This document shows positions 1-9,324 of a stretch of DNA of 48,230 bases, one piece after another. Both the position numbers and the translations under genes were made by a program. This DNA comes from Klebsiella phage ST11-VIM1phi8.2. Each line of letters starts with the position of its first letter. Positions within the stretch are counted from its first letter, which is position 1. The DNA lies in sequence record MK448234.1. One strand, written 5' to 3'. The notes below the pieces were generated by a model, which had not been told where the DNA came from, searched no databases, and saw only the letters and a program-made list of their open reading frames with translations.

Positions 1-3000
1 TTAAGCAGCGTCGCCGGGGTATGTGGCGTCGTCGTACTGGTAGAACGATTCGAGGTATTCTTTAGCGGTGACCTGACAGGTGCCGTCAGACTGCGGGGCG
101 ATCTCCTCTACAATGGCGTCGTAGACGTGGCGCGTTGAGCCGCAGAACACCAGGCGGATCGGCTCGATGGTTGCCGACGACAGGTCAACCTTCGTCGGGT
201 CATCAAACTCGCTCAGGTGCGGGACTGACAGCTGAAAATCACCCACCCTGCTCGCCACCATCAGCCCGGATGCAGAGCCATCCTGATAGCGGATCAGCGC
301 TCGGGGGTTTTCGAAAGACCAGTCCAGCGGCTCCGTAACGGTGAACGTTGTCACGCCACCAGCCGTTGTCATCGCCTCCACCAGACAGGAAATCGTGTTG
401 TTACCCGGAATATCATCCGTGAGCACAATGCGATCGCCCGTGTTGTAGCACAGCGCGTCCAGCTCGGTAGTGGTCTGGAACGTCACCCGCTGCAGCAGGT
501 ATTTCATCAGGCGACGCATGCCGATCTGATAGGCGTGGTCCTGAGTAAGTACCCCGTCAAGTTTGTAGTTCTCGATTTTCACCGGCGTGGGATTGTCCGG
601 CGTCCGGCATTTAACGGTCTCCTCTGCCCAGGTAGTCCCGTTGATGTACGTCACGTCGACACCATCAAAATCATCATCTGAGGGCACGGTAAATCCGCTC
701 TGCAGCTCCTCCACCATCTCATGCGGAGTGATCACACCGGTCCATGGCTTAATCCCCTCGCGGTTGACCGTCGCCAGGCCATCACTCAGCAGAAAACGTG
801 ACTTCCCGGCATTGGCTATCTTCTGCAGCATTTCCAGCGCCGAGATACTGTCGCCCGTGGCGAAATCGAAATTTTCGCCCCGTGGCGTCCAGTACGCGGA
901 TTCCAGCGCGTTGATGGTGTCGACATCCATTTCCAGCCCAAGAGAGTTCGCGACATGCAGCAGCGCTCCCGAAATGGTTCTGGCCGTTCCTGAGTCGTAG
1001 GCCCGCGTGGCCACAACGTTTACGCGGCGGTCCGACTGCGCCGCCAGCTTCCCGCCCGTCTCAACGGTCACCGCCATCAGCGACACGCCGGGATAGGATG
1101 AAGGGCGCGTCAGCAGTCGCCCGCGCAGTGCCTGCCAGTACATACTGTCTCGCGCGTTGTTTGAGCCCTGCTCATTGCGCCGACGGCAGCGAACCTCTAC
1201 CAGCCCCGGAGAGCTGAGGGTGATCCGCTCAGTGAAACCTAACCCGTTGACGTTTTTCAGCGCATACTCGCCCTGGTGACTCACCCACCCCGATCCGGAA
1301 CCGTAGACGCGATACTGTATCTCCCACTCCACGTGGCGGATCCGTTTTTTGCCCTTACTGTCAAAGCCACAGATGCCGTTCGGGAAGGAGAAATTCACCT
1401 CGAATGCATCCACCACTTCATTCTCAGGGCAAACCAGGAACGGCCCCAGCCAGCTCAGCGTGTCGTTAAGACCAGTGGCCTCATAGTCGATCATCGTCCT
1501 GGCGGTGAATCCCGGCCATGACTCATCAACGGCACCGGAAACCAGGCGCGCCACCGTCGCCGTCGTGCCGTCAGCTGACACAATCCGGTACTCATTCCCG
1601 CGGTGAGCAAGTGAAAGCCGTTGCACCCCCTCCGGCATGCCGGAAAAGGCCGTTCCCGTGGCAGAGTTATAGGCGAGTGTCACATTCGCCGTTACCGCCG
1701 GGCTGCCGCCGGTTGATGCCGTGCCGGAGGTGTAAACCGGGGCATCACCGAAAACAGCTGCAGGCAGTGAAGAGGACGTGATCGCCCCACCCGCGAACGG
1801 ACTGGCCGACTCGGTTATCAGTACAGTTCCGCCGTTGTCCTGCGCAACCAGGCCGGAGCCAGTGAGTCCCTCGGTGATGGCCGCCAGCAGTCCCGACATC
1901 GAGACGTAGTTAGCAACCAGCGACACCGGGTAGGTAACCCCCTTCCAGGTGATCGTGAACGTGCTGGAGCTGGTCGAAAAATCGTAGGTGGTCGGGGCCG
2001 CACTGGCCTGGACTTTTGCCGCACTCCCCCCGGTGCCGGGCACTGCAGCCTGACCGGGGGTATATGACGCGATAAACAGATCGTAATCGACAGAGTTAAA
2101 CCCCAGCGTCACCGGCATACCTACTACCGGCGCGATCTCCGTCAGCAGCGGGCTTGCGATAACGCTGTATCCAGCCGCCGTGGTGATCTGGTAGTTCGCC
2201 GGGGCTTTAAGTTCGACCACGGCGCCAGCGACCCAGCTGGGCGGCAGTGCGTTATCGTTCTCGTCATTATCGTCATCATCATCCGTATCCAGCCCCGTAA
2301 ACGTCACGCTCGATCCGGAGACGGTCATGCTGTCTGCGATAATGTCGTCTGCGTCCGGCGACGTCTGGGCCATATCCAGCCCGGTGCCGGATGACGTCCC
2401 GCCAACTTCGGTGGAGTTGACCCAGTTTTCGCTGCGCTCATCACCGGAAACGTCCGCGCCTGGCGGGTAATGGGTGCTGCTGAATCCCGGTAGCGTTGAA
2501 GCTGGCGTACTGCCAACCCTGATATCGCCATTGGTATAAATCAGATCACCGACACCGAGACACAGCAGCATCTGGACGCGCATTTTCGTAGGATCGGCGG
2601 CATCAAACCGGGTAACCGGCTGCACCACATAATCAGGGTAGATACGCACCCGGCCAAATACCTCACGAATGGCATCACCGAGTTTTGCGGTATTCGCCTT
2701 TGCCGGGTTCAGGTCGAGACTCCGCCCTGTGGATGAGGTATAGCCGCCCGTATCGATGTTGCTCATCATAAAGTACGAATAGGCTGCAGCGGCAACGGAG
2801 ATACCGACGCCGATCCACGCGATTGTGGCGGCCTCCAGCCCGAAGGGAACCGGATAAAGCCTGACATCACTATCAGGGCGAATCACACACTTAGCCCACT
2901 CGCCTGGCGGAATTAATAGCCCCTCAACCTCAACGGTCAGCGGTGGGACATCCCGATCCTCGTAGCCTTCAACATTTGCCACCAGCCACTTGCGAATACT

Positions 3001-3069
3001 GGTTACACCATGCTCATGCGTTTCGAGTGGTTCACCGGGAAGCCGGGACGGGTAAAAACGAATGGTCAT
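1..3069 (-). CDS. Tail tip / host specificity protein (lambda gpJ-like central fibre, 1022 aa) with an Asp-rich linker
   Basis: Large ORF immediately downstream of the K-like gene in the lambda H-M-L-K-I-J order. N-terminal hydrophobic segment resembles gpI/J. Contains a DTDDDDDNDEND acidic tract. Stop codon at bases 1-3. Confidence 0.6.
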   Translation of the reverse strand: MTIRFYPSRLPGEPLETHEHGVTSIRKWLVANVEGYEDRDVPPLTVEVEGLLIPPGEWAKCVIRPDSDVRLYPVPFGLEAATIAWIGVGISVAAAAYSYFMMSNIDTGGYTSSTGRSLDLNPAKANTAKLGDAIREVFGRVRIYPDYVVQPVTRFDAADPTKMRVQMLLCLGVGDLIYTNGDIRVGSTPASTLPGFSSTHYPPGADVSGDERSENWVNSTEVGGTSSGTGLDMAQTSPDADDIIADSMTVSGSSVTFTGLDTDDDDDNDENDNALPPSWVAGAVVELKAPANYQITTAAGYSVIASPLLTEIAPVVGMPVTLGFNSVDYDLFIASYTPGQAAVPGTGGSAAKVQASAAPTTYDFSTSSSTFTITWKGVTYPVSLVANYVSMSGLLAAITEGLTGSGLVAQDNGGTVLITESASPFAGGAITSSSLPAAVFGDAPVYTSGTASTGGSPAVTANVTLAYNSATGTAFSGMPEGVQRLSLAHRGNEYRIVSADGTTATVARLVSGAVDESWPGFTARTMIDYEATGLNDTLSWLGPFLVCPENEVVDAFEVNFSFPNGICGFDSKGKKRIRHVEWEIQYRVYGSGSGWVSHQGEYALKNVNGLGFTERITLSSPGLVEVRCRRRNEQGSNNARDSMYWQALRGRLLTRPSSYPGVSLMAVTVETGGKLAAQSDRRVNVVATRAYDSGTARTISGALLHVANSLGLEMDVDTINALESAYWTPRGENFDFATGDSISALEMLQKIANAGKSRFLLSDGLATVNREGIKPWTGVITPHEMVEELQSGFTVPSDDDFDGVDVTYINGTTWAEETVKCRTPDNPTPVKIENYKLDGVLTQDHAYQIGMRRLMKYLLQRVTFQTTTELDALCYNTGDRIVLTDDIPGNNTISCLVEAMTTAGGVTTFTVTEPLDWSFENPRALIRYQDGSASGLMVASRVGDFQLSVPHLSEFDDPTKVDLSSATIEPIRLVFCGSTRHVYDAIVEEIAPQSDGTCQVTAKEYLESFYQYDDATYPGDAA

Positions 3070-3446
3070 TGCCAGAACTCCACTTTGACAAATCGCCGCT
3101 TAAACCGCGGCAACGGCAGAAAGGTGACGTTCGTTCCCGGATTGCATTCCGCCACATGCAGCAGACCATCGATACTGACCACGATCCCTACGTGGGTGAC
3201 AGTCGACCCGGAATAACAGGCCACCCCGGCCCCTTCGCAGGGTTCGCAGCGCTCAAGGGTAAGCATCATCCGGCGCGCTTCCCGGTCGAGGCCGCCGTCG
3301 TCTTTGGTGACCCCTGCAAAATCGGGCCAGACGGGTAAATTCAGGTCGCGGCGTATCTCGTTCACAATGCCGAAGCAGTCGAGCTGCGGGTATACGCGCC
3401 CGCCCTTCAGCCAGGTGACTGAACGGTATTTATCAGGGTTAAACAT
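3066..3446 (-). CDS. Tail assembly protein K-like, NlpC/P60 (C40 peptidase) domain
   Basis: 126 aa with a Cys...His...His arrangement (CYSGS...HVGIV...H) typical of the NlpC/P60 gpK N-domain. Position immediately before the J-like gene. Confidence 0.55.
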   Translation of the reverse strand: MFNPDKYRSVTWLKGGRVYPQLDCFGIVNEIRRDLNLPVWPDFAGVTKDDGGLDREARRMMLTLERCEPCEGAGVACYSGSTVTHVGIVVSIDGLLHVAECNPGTNVTFLPLPRFKRRFVKVEFWQ

Positions 3447-3455
3447 TGGGATTCC

Positions 3456-3938
3456 TTAGCTGATATAACGCAGTCCGGGGAATACAGGTAGCGTGTAGCG
3501 GTAACGTGGCCAGGCTGTATCAAGGATATTCATATAACCCGCGGTAATCTGCGCCTCTGTCGCCGTCCAGTAACCAGACTTGATTTTCAGCGTATACGGC
3601 ACTTCCGCAGGGGCCGCTAAATCCGTGGAGATATAACGCCGGTACGTCAGCAATGCAGACAGACGGTTAGCCAGCGCATAGCGGATCGCCGTGGACACAA
3701 CACCATCGATATTGCACAGGGCAAATTTGAGGTCCTGCGTGCCGTCCGCATTGCGCGCCGGCAGAGCAATGTCTATCGCACAGGCGGTAAACGTTACGGT
3801 ATCGCCGTTCTCCGTCGTTGCCGTAATACCCTCGTAGCCCTGGCACAGATAATGGACGTCAGAACCAATGGTGATCTGCAGCGTCTCAATGATCACCTCC
3901 GGCCCGCTGCTGGCGTAGAGGCGGTTGAGTATTGTCAT
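3456..3938 (-). CDS. Minor tail protein (gpL position)
   Basis: 160-aa ORF in the tail-tip gene block between the M-like and K-like genes. No motif recognised. Confidence 0.4.
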   Translation of the reverse strand: MTILNRLYASSGPEVIIETLQITIGSDVHYLCQGYEGITATTENGDTVTFTACAIDIALPARNADGTQDLKFALCNIDGVVSTAIRYALANRLSALLTYRRYISTDLAAPAEVPYTLKIKSGYWTATEAQITAGYMNILDTAWPRYRYTLPVFPGLRYIS

Positions 3939-4118
3939 GATTTTTACCCAATAAAAAAGGCCACCCGAAGATGACCTTAAAAATTGGTGTCGAATGTGGG
4001 TGTACCCTCACCGGCAGGATCGCTATTCCGCGCTTTATTTCACGCTCCGGCTACGGAGCGGCATGAAGGACTTTCCCACAAATCGACACAAGTGATTATG
4101 AAGGAGAAACGGTTTTAA

Positions 4119-4583
4119 TCAAGCCTTGGGCCACTCCTTATTCAGCGCAATATCCAGCAGTGAGCTGCCGACGATCCATTCCGGGTAATTACCCCATGGG
4201 GCAGGAGCAAGGGGGCGTTCCCATAATTCAAGCGTCGCCGTGTACTTCCAGTAAATCGGGGCCACCAGCACCGGTCCCTGATAAATATCTGTGAAGCGGC
4301 ATTTGTAAAACTTAATGCCTGCCGGCGTCTGCAGCTTCATCATGAACCATGCAGCCCCGTCAGATAACGCATCACGGAACCAGGACTCAAACGCCAGTCC
4401 CTGCGCATCGGTTTCCATAAACCAGGTGATGCTGGCCTGCGTCGGCGTGGACGTATAAGCTCGCCTTTGCCGCGCGCGGCCGGTGATTAACTGGGTACGT
4501 TTTAACGGGCTTACAGGCTGGAATCCGTATCCTTCCTGTAATGGCATAGGGAGGCTGTCATGTGGGTAGTTGATATCAGTCAT
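4119..4583 (-). CDS. Minor tail protein (gpM-like / distal tail)
   Basis: 154 aa. Position directly after the tape measure block. Weak resemblance to the phage minor tail protein M family. Confidence 0.45.
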   Translation of the reverse strand: MTDINYPHDSLPMPLQEGYGFQPVSPLKRTQLITGRARQRRAYTSTPTQASITWFMETDAQGLAFESWFRDALSDGAAWFMMKLQTPAGIKFYKCRFTDIYQGPVLVAPIYWKYTATLELWERPLAPAPWGNYPEWIVGSSLLDIALNKEWPKA

Positions 4584-4897
4584 GCAGTCTCCCGGTAAAG
4601 TATCTCGAATAAAATTTCACCATTAACCTCAGGAGGATATTCATTTCAGAATAAAGCACGATGGAATCGAAGAAATCTCTGATTTTTTGGTTCAGATTAA
4701 CGAAGATAAAAATCTTATTAAATCGACACAAACACACAAGGCGATATATTTATCAACTCATCTTAAGAGCTAAAAGAAATCAGAAAAAACAGCATTATCA
4801 ATATATTAATTTTATTGACTTTAATGTGAGCTTACATTGTTTCGGCACAGCCCCACATCAAAATAAAAAAGGGCGATGTGCCGACAGGAAATATACG

Positions 4898-5260
4898 TCA
4901 ATGTGACTGCTTGTTTAAAAGCAACTCCTGAAGAAGAAGCGCAATAGAAACAAAGATCAAAACCCCACAAAAAACAATTTTTGCAAAATCATAGTTAAAC
5001 ACGGTTGTAAGCGTATCATTATTATATAAGTGATTATGCCTATAGGAATAAGTTGTGTAAATCTCATCACATATTTCAAGAATTCCACCAACTATCAAAA
5101 CAAGCCAAAGAAATGAAAACTTCACTCGGACCTCCTTACGTTTACGTCTCCTATTGAAGATAAGCCCGCCAATAAAAAGAGGAATCATAAAAGCTATAAA
5201 GTCTTTAAATGTAAATGTTAACAACGCTTCCATTAATAAGATCCTTGTGTTTTCTTGCAC
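4898..5260 (-). CDS. AT-rich membrane protein (moron) between tape measure and gpM-like gene
   Basis: 120 aa with 3-4 hydrophobic helices and a basic loop (NRRRKRK). Strongly AT-rich relative to flanking tail genes. An alternative start is the Met at 5233. Confidence 0.4.
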   Translation of the reverse strand: MQENTRILLMEALLTFTFKDFIAFMIPLFIGGLIFNRRRKRKEVRVKFSFLWLVLIVGGILEICDEIYTTYSYRHNHLYNNDTLTTVFNYDFAKIVFCGVLIFVSIALLLQELLLNKQSH

Positions 5261-5316
5261 CTACTCAGATTGTTAGACTTACCTACCTAATCAAGTCTCA
5301 GCTAATGCAGTTTAGC

Positions 5317-8232
5317 TTACCTAGGACCGTGTCGTGTATAGTTTCCTTTTAGAGCGTTGCCAAAAGCCCCTTGTGGCATGGTAACCTCCTTTGTGAGCTC
5401 ACCTTTTAACTGCCTGGAAAGCTGTCGATTATTCTGATTGAGTGTAGCGCTCAACTGCTCCGGAGTAATACCCTGGAGATGAAACTCCTGATTAATCGGC
5501 GCGTGTACAGTTGTTTGCCTACGGTTATCGCTGTTAACGTTCTGAACACCAGTACCAAACCCTGTACGCCCCAGAGTTGCATCAAGCGGTTGGCCATTTC
5601 GAAGTGCCTCAAGCTGAGACACGCCGATCCGGTTCGTTGACGCCTGGTCGAAGACGTACTCACCTTTGTGAACAATACCCGCGGGCTGATACTTACCACC
5701 GGGGCCGGTGTAACCGCCGGAGGCGAAGCCAACTCCTGAAACAGCCTGGATATTTGAGACGATACTGGCGGTCTGCGCAGCGATTGAGGCCATAGCGATG
5801 ATGTTGGCCGGATAAGGCGCGCTAACTGCACCGCTTGCTATAGCCTGCTGGATTTTCACCATTGAGTCCGCGATAGCGAATGCCTTGCTCGCAGCAAAAG
5901 CAACCTTGTAGATTGCCGATTGCTCACCAAACCCCGTTCGCATGATGTCGGCGGTACTGTCAAACAAGGACTGCGTGGCCGCAGATATGATGGTGTTTTT
6001 CTGAGCCTCTATGACCTGATTTGCATCCGCCGCACGTTGACGAATAGAGGTCATTCTGGCCTCACCCTCGGCAGTTATTTCACCGGCCTTCGCATAAGCT
6101 TCCTCCTGAGCTGCCAGCCAGCGCTGGAGCTCTTGCTGAGCCTGGTCATATTCGTTGATTTGCCCCTGCATCCCCTCAAAAGTTCCAGAGAGTCGCCCTC
6201 CTGTGGGTGTCAGGTTTCCTACAACATTACGAACCGTCGCGGGCAGTTGCATATCGGTATTTTGATAAATATCTGCCCGTGTTTTTTCATATTCACCGGG
6301 CTTTAGTTGCCCGGTTGCTTTGGCCTTCTCCAGAAGTTCAAGACGGGTTTTAAGCAGATCGTTGGTCCGCTCATCCTTCGTCTTTACCTGTTCCTGCATT
6401 TTCCGGTAATCATCCAGGGTTTTTACGGAGTTTTGCAGTGCCTCCTGCTGCTTATACGCCTGGAGGATTTCATCTGAACGGGAAAGGATCGATTTCTGGT
6501 CAGCGGTGAGCTGCGTTTTAGACTTGAGGTCAGTAATTTGCTGTTCGAACTTAACACGTGCCTGGGTTGCGCTGTTAAGCTTGTCACTGGCATCCAGTTG
6601 TGACTGCAAGGCAGCTGTCTGCTGGTTTATTTGATCAAGCAACCTGGTTGCTGCGTCCTCGGTATATGCTTTACCCTTTGGCGTCTTGGGTGGTTTCGGA
6701 TCTTTGTACATCTCGTTAATGCGAGAAACATTTTTTGCATATTGCTCTGCAGTAATTGCACCAGCCTTCAGGAATTCGCTTTGCTGCTTAATAGCTTTAT
6801 TGCGCTTATCCGCATTGCTCAGATATTGCTGGTTAACGCGATCTGCTTCCTGCTGCGTTTTAATTCTTTGCTGTTCGGCTTCCTTAGCCTTCGCCTGTCC
6901 TTTGGTTACATCCCCCTGAAGATTGGCAACTGATTCGAGCAAATCTCTCTGTTTTATCATCTCCGGGAGGTTGGTAAACCTCGCGCTAAAACTGTTCCAG
7001 AACCCACCATCTTTTTGCCCTTTTTGGGCTTCAGCAATATTTTCGTTTAAGGTGGCAAGTTTATCCGTTAGTGTTTGTTCACGCCCAATATTGAGCATCG
7101 CATCCCAGGCGCCTTTGGCCGTTTTACCCAGCGAGTCCCATGCACTTTCAAGAAGACCAAGATTCTGATGAATATCATTCGCACGCTGCTGCATGGCATT
7201 GGCGTAAGCATCAGTAGCCACCCGTGCAGCATCCTGCTGATTACCTTCATCCTGTAGCGCTTTAATCTGGTTGTAGGTTGCCAGTGTCAGAAAGTGGTAC
7301 TGGTCGTTAAGTTTGGTAATGGCCGCAACCGGGTCAGCAGTAATGTCGTTGAAATCACCAACCAGCTTATCGGTAGCAATGCCCGTCGCCTCGCTGGTCT
7401 TAACAATGGCGGTTGTCACGCGCTCCAATGAGTCGCCAGCTACTTTACCGGATAACACCAACTGATTCAGCGTTGAAGCTGCTGCACCGGTTGTGGAGTT
7501 AGCTGCGACCGATACACGGGCCGCCATATCTGCCAGTTGACCGGAAGTTTTGCCTACCAGATTACCAGTGAGAACGAGAGACTTATAAAATTCGTCCTGC
7601 TCCTGAGTGCCTTTGTAATAGGCCAGACCAAGAAATCCGACCGCCGCAGCTGCAAGAGTTAAAGGGTTAACCAACCCCATAACATAGGTGCCCACACCCT
7701 TAATTGCCGGACCAATACCACCAAACATATCTTTTAACTGCCCGCCCTGCTGCATAAGCACCATAAACGGTGACTGACCTGTAGATAAGCCGACAATAAT
7801 GTCGGTCATCTGCGCCGGGATCATGCGCATGGCATAGGCAGTCTGGGCGGCGGATTGGCCGGTTTTACCAAGGTCGTCGCGAAATCCTGTTAGCCTGTTT
7901 CGTGTTTCCTCGATTTTCTTTGAATAAAGATCGAATGTATCGGTATCTACCATCCCCTTGGATTTGAATTTCGCAAGATCCTGCTGCTGTTTATCCAGTT
8001 TGTTCAGCGCGGCGTTTACCGGGTCGATACGATCTAAAAGTTCAGAAAGGGACTGTTTTTCTTCATCAGTGGCCTTTGTCACTTTCCCTGCACTGGTGGC
8101 AGCACGTTCACCTGCCTGCGTCATTTTTACAAGTGCAGTTGCGAGATTGTCAGCCTGCTTTTCTGCCCCAGAGCTGTCAATAATAATGGCCAGGCGGGAG
8201 GTTTGTTCTGTCACGTGCTTTTCTCCGGGCAA
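5317..8232 (-). CDS. Tail tape measure protein
   Basis: 971 aa, highly alpha-helical, Q/A/K-rich with Gly-rich hydrophobic central segments. Located after the G/GT chaperones. Confidence 0.8.
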   Translation of the reverse strand: MPGEKHVTEQTSRLAIIIDSSGAEKQADNLATALVKMTQAGERAATSAGKVTKATDEEKQSLSELLDRIDPVNAALNKLDKQQQDLAKFKSKGMVDTDTFDLYSKKIEETRNRLTGFRDDLGKTGQSAAQTAYAMRMIPAQMTDIIVGLSTGQSPFMVLMQQGGQLKDMFGGIGPAIKGVGTYVMGLVNPLTLAAAAVGFLGLAYYKGTQEQDEFYKSLVLTGNLVGKTSGQLADMAARVSVAANSTTGAAASTLNQLVLSGKVAGDSLERVTTAIVKTSEATGIATDKLVGDFNDITADPVAAITKLNDQYHFLTLATYNQIKALQDEGNQQDAARVATDAYANAMQQRANDIHQNLGLLESAWDSLGKTAKGAWDAMLNIGREQTLTDKLATLNENIAEAQKGQKDGGFWNSFSARFTNLPEMIKQRDLLESVANLQGDVTKGQAKAKEAEQQRIKTQQEADRVNQQYLSNADKRNKAIKQQSEFLKAGAITAEQYAKNVSRINEMYKDPKPPKTPKGKAYTEDAATRLLDQINQQTAALQSQLDASDKLNSATQARVKFEQQITDLKSKTQLTADQKSILSRSDEILQAYKQQEALQNSVKTLDDYRKMQEQVKTKDERTNDLLKTRLELLEKAKATGQLKPGEYEKTRADIYQNTDMQLPATVRNVVGNLTPTGGRLSGTFEGMQGQINEYDQAQQELQRWLAAQEEAYAKAGEITAEGEARMTSIRQRAADANQVIEAQKNTIISAATQSLFDSTADIMRTGFGEQSAIYKVAFAASKAFAIADSMVKIQQAIASGAVSAPYPANIIAMASIAAQTASIVSNIQAVSGVGFASGGYTGPGGKYQPAGIVHKGEYVFDQASTNRIGVSQLEALRNGQPLDATLGRTGFGTGVQNVNSDNRRQTTVHAPINQEFHLQGITPEQLSATLNQNNRQLSRQLKGELTKEVTMPQGAFGNALKGNYTRHGPR

Positions 8233-8243
8233 TAAAAAACCCC

Positions 8244-8272
8244 GCCAAAGCGAGGTTGGAACTTTTTGAAAC
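8244..8272 (-). terminator. Rho-independent terminator (minus strand) downstream of the tail moron cluster
   Basis: Minus-strand CCTCGC-tttg-GCGGGG stem (one G-U pair) followed by TTTTTTATT. Confidence 0.45.
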
Positions 8273-8287
8273 TGTCGGGTCTTTACT

Positions 8288-8479
8288 TCATTGGCGGTAA
8301 AACATTATTGCTACGATAATCACCGCAAAGACAGTAATTGCAATTCCAGCGATTAACTTTACATTGACATCAGCCAGCCTATCACTAGCTCCAGTATTGT
8401 CAGTGTTAGCTATTATCTTCGAAGGAGTGGTAATGATACCAACGTGTTGATTTCGTATTTTCACTGACACCAGGATCAT
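8288..8479 (-). CDS. Small membrane protein (moron)
   Basis: 63 aa with a C-terminal TM helix. AT-rich. Overlaps the next gene by ATGA-type coupling. Confidence 0.35.
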   Translation of the reverse strand: MILVSVKIRNQHVGIITTPSKIIANTDNTGASDRLADVNVKLIAGIAITVFAVIIVAIMFYRQ

Positions 8480-8844
8480 CCTGATGTTACAAGGATTGAA
8501 TGACTACAGATTAAAATAGTCATCAACAGGTTGACAGCATTACCCGAAGGAGTTACATCACTCCCGCAATGCTTGCACTTCACCGCTTCGGAATTTATTA
8601 ATTCTGCGCAGTAAGGGCATTTGACTGAAGTTCCGGACGCTTTTAGCTTATCTCCCACCAGAGCAATAATGATACCTGCGATGGCTACGAAACCTCCAAA
8701 TATCATGTAATTTTGGCGCGATGACATTAATCCAAGATTGTTAACCCTATAGCCACCGCTTGTCGCTACTGTCACATCCATAAATAGCGCCGATACAGCA
8801 AAGATCACCCCTATTACAATCGCTAAGTATCCAATAATCTTCAC
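8476..8844 (-). CDS. Membrane protein with zinc-ribbon (CPYC...CKHC) domain (moron)
   Basis: N-terminal TM helices, then a C-x2-C-x12-C-x2-C zinc ribbon. AT-rich. Confidence 0.5.
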   Translation of the reverse strand: MKIIGYLAIVIGVIFAVSALFMDVTVATSGGYRVNNLGLMSSRQNYMIFGGFVAIAGIIIALVGDKLKASGTSVKCPYCAELINSEAVKCKHCGSDVTPSGNAVNLLMTILICSHSILVTSG

Positions 8845-8891
8845 TTGTCTACCCCATAAATTAAAAAGCCACCCGATGGTGGCTTTATCAT

Positions 8892-9248
8892 TCAGCTTGC
8901 GTTCTCACAACCCGGCAGGCTGCGGTCAATCACAAGATTACCCTCAACACGCAGACCAATTTTACCGAACAGGAAGGAGTGGTTAAGTTGAGTGACAACT
9001 ACGTCAGACAGACCAACTGCACAGCGATCTTTTTCAATCGCTCGATCAGCGGCTGTTTTAACGTTCGGGATGCCAAGAGGGAAGATGATAACCGGATAGC
9101 TATCTTCTGCTGTTACACGTTTCCCTTTATAGAACTTACCCCCATTGAGATTGTAATTTTTAGTACTCGCCACAGTCAAATCTGCAACACGTACTGTACA
9201 ACCAGAAAGTAACAGCGCTCCAAGCGCCAAAGCGATGACTTTTTTCAT
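8892..9248 (-). CDS. Lipoprotein (moron)
   Basis: Signal peptide with lipobox LLLSGC. 118 aa. Located between GT and the tape measure, where lambda has nothing. Confidence 0.55.
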   Translation of the reverse strand: MKKVIALALGALLLSGCTVRVADLTVASTKNYNLNGGKFYKGKRVTAEDSYPVIIFPLGIPNVKTAADRAIEKDRCAVGLSDVVVTQLNHSFLFGKIGLRVEGNLVIDRSLPGCENAS

Positions 9249-9324
9249 TATATGTTTCCTTTGATTGCAATCGGAAACATCCTATCATCGACTTTCAGGA
9301 GCATGGACCACCATTAATGGTAGG

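Noticed and set aside
135-1016. Plus-strand ORFs 135..338 and 587..1000, and minus-strand ORF 816..1016
   Set aside because: They lie entirely inside the 1022-aa J-like minus-strand gene. The two plus-strand ORFs have Pro/Arg/Ser-rich low-complexity translations typical of antisense frames. ORF 816..1016 is co-oriented with the J-like gene but in a different reading frame, and is equally embedded and low-complexity.
4661-4906. Plus-strand 81-aa ORF in AT-rich spacer
   Set aside because: Lys/Ile/Asn-rich low-complexity translation of an AT-rich intergenic tract. No SD. More likely promoter DNA of the neighbouring moron.
5451-7257. Multiple ORFs (5451..5831, 5577..5795, 5920..6306, 6631..6933, 6686..6919, 6923..7168, 7068..7250, 7075..7257) overlapping the tape measure gene
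   Set aside because: All are embedded in the 971-aa tape measure ORF, with Cys/Arg/Leu-rich nonsense composition. They are alternative frames of a highly repetitive coding sequence.
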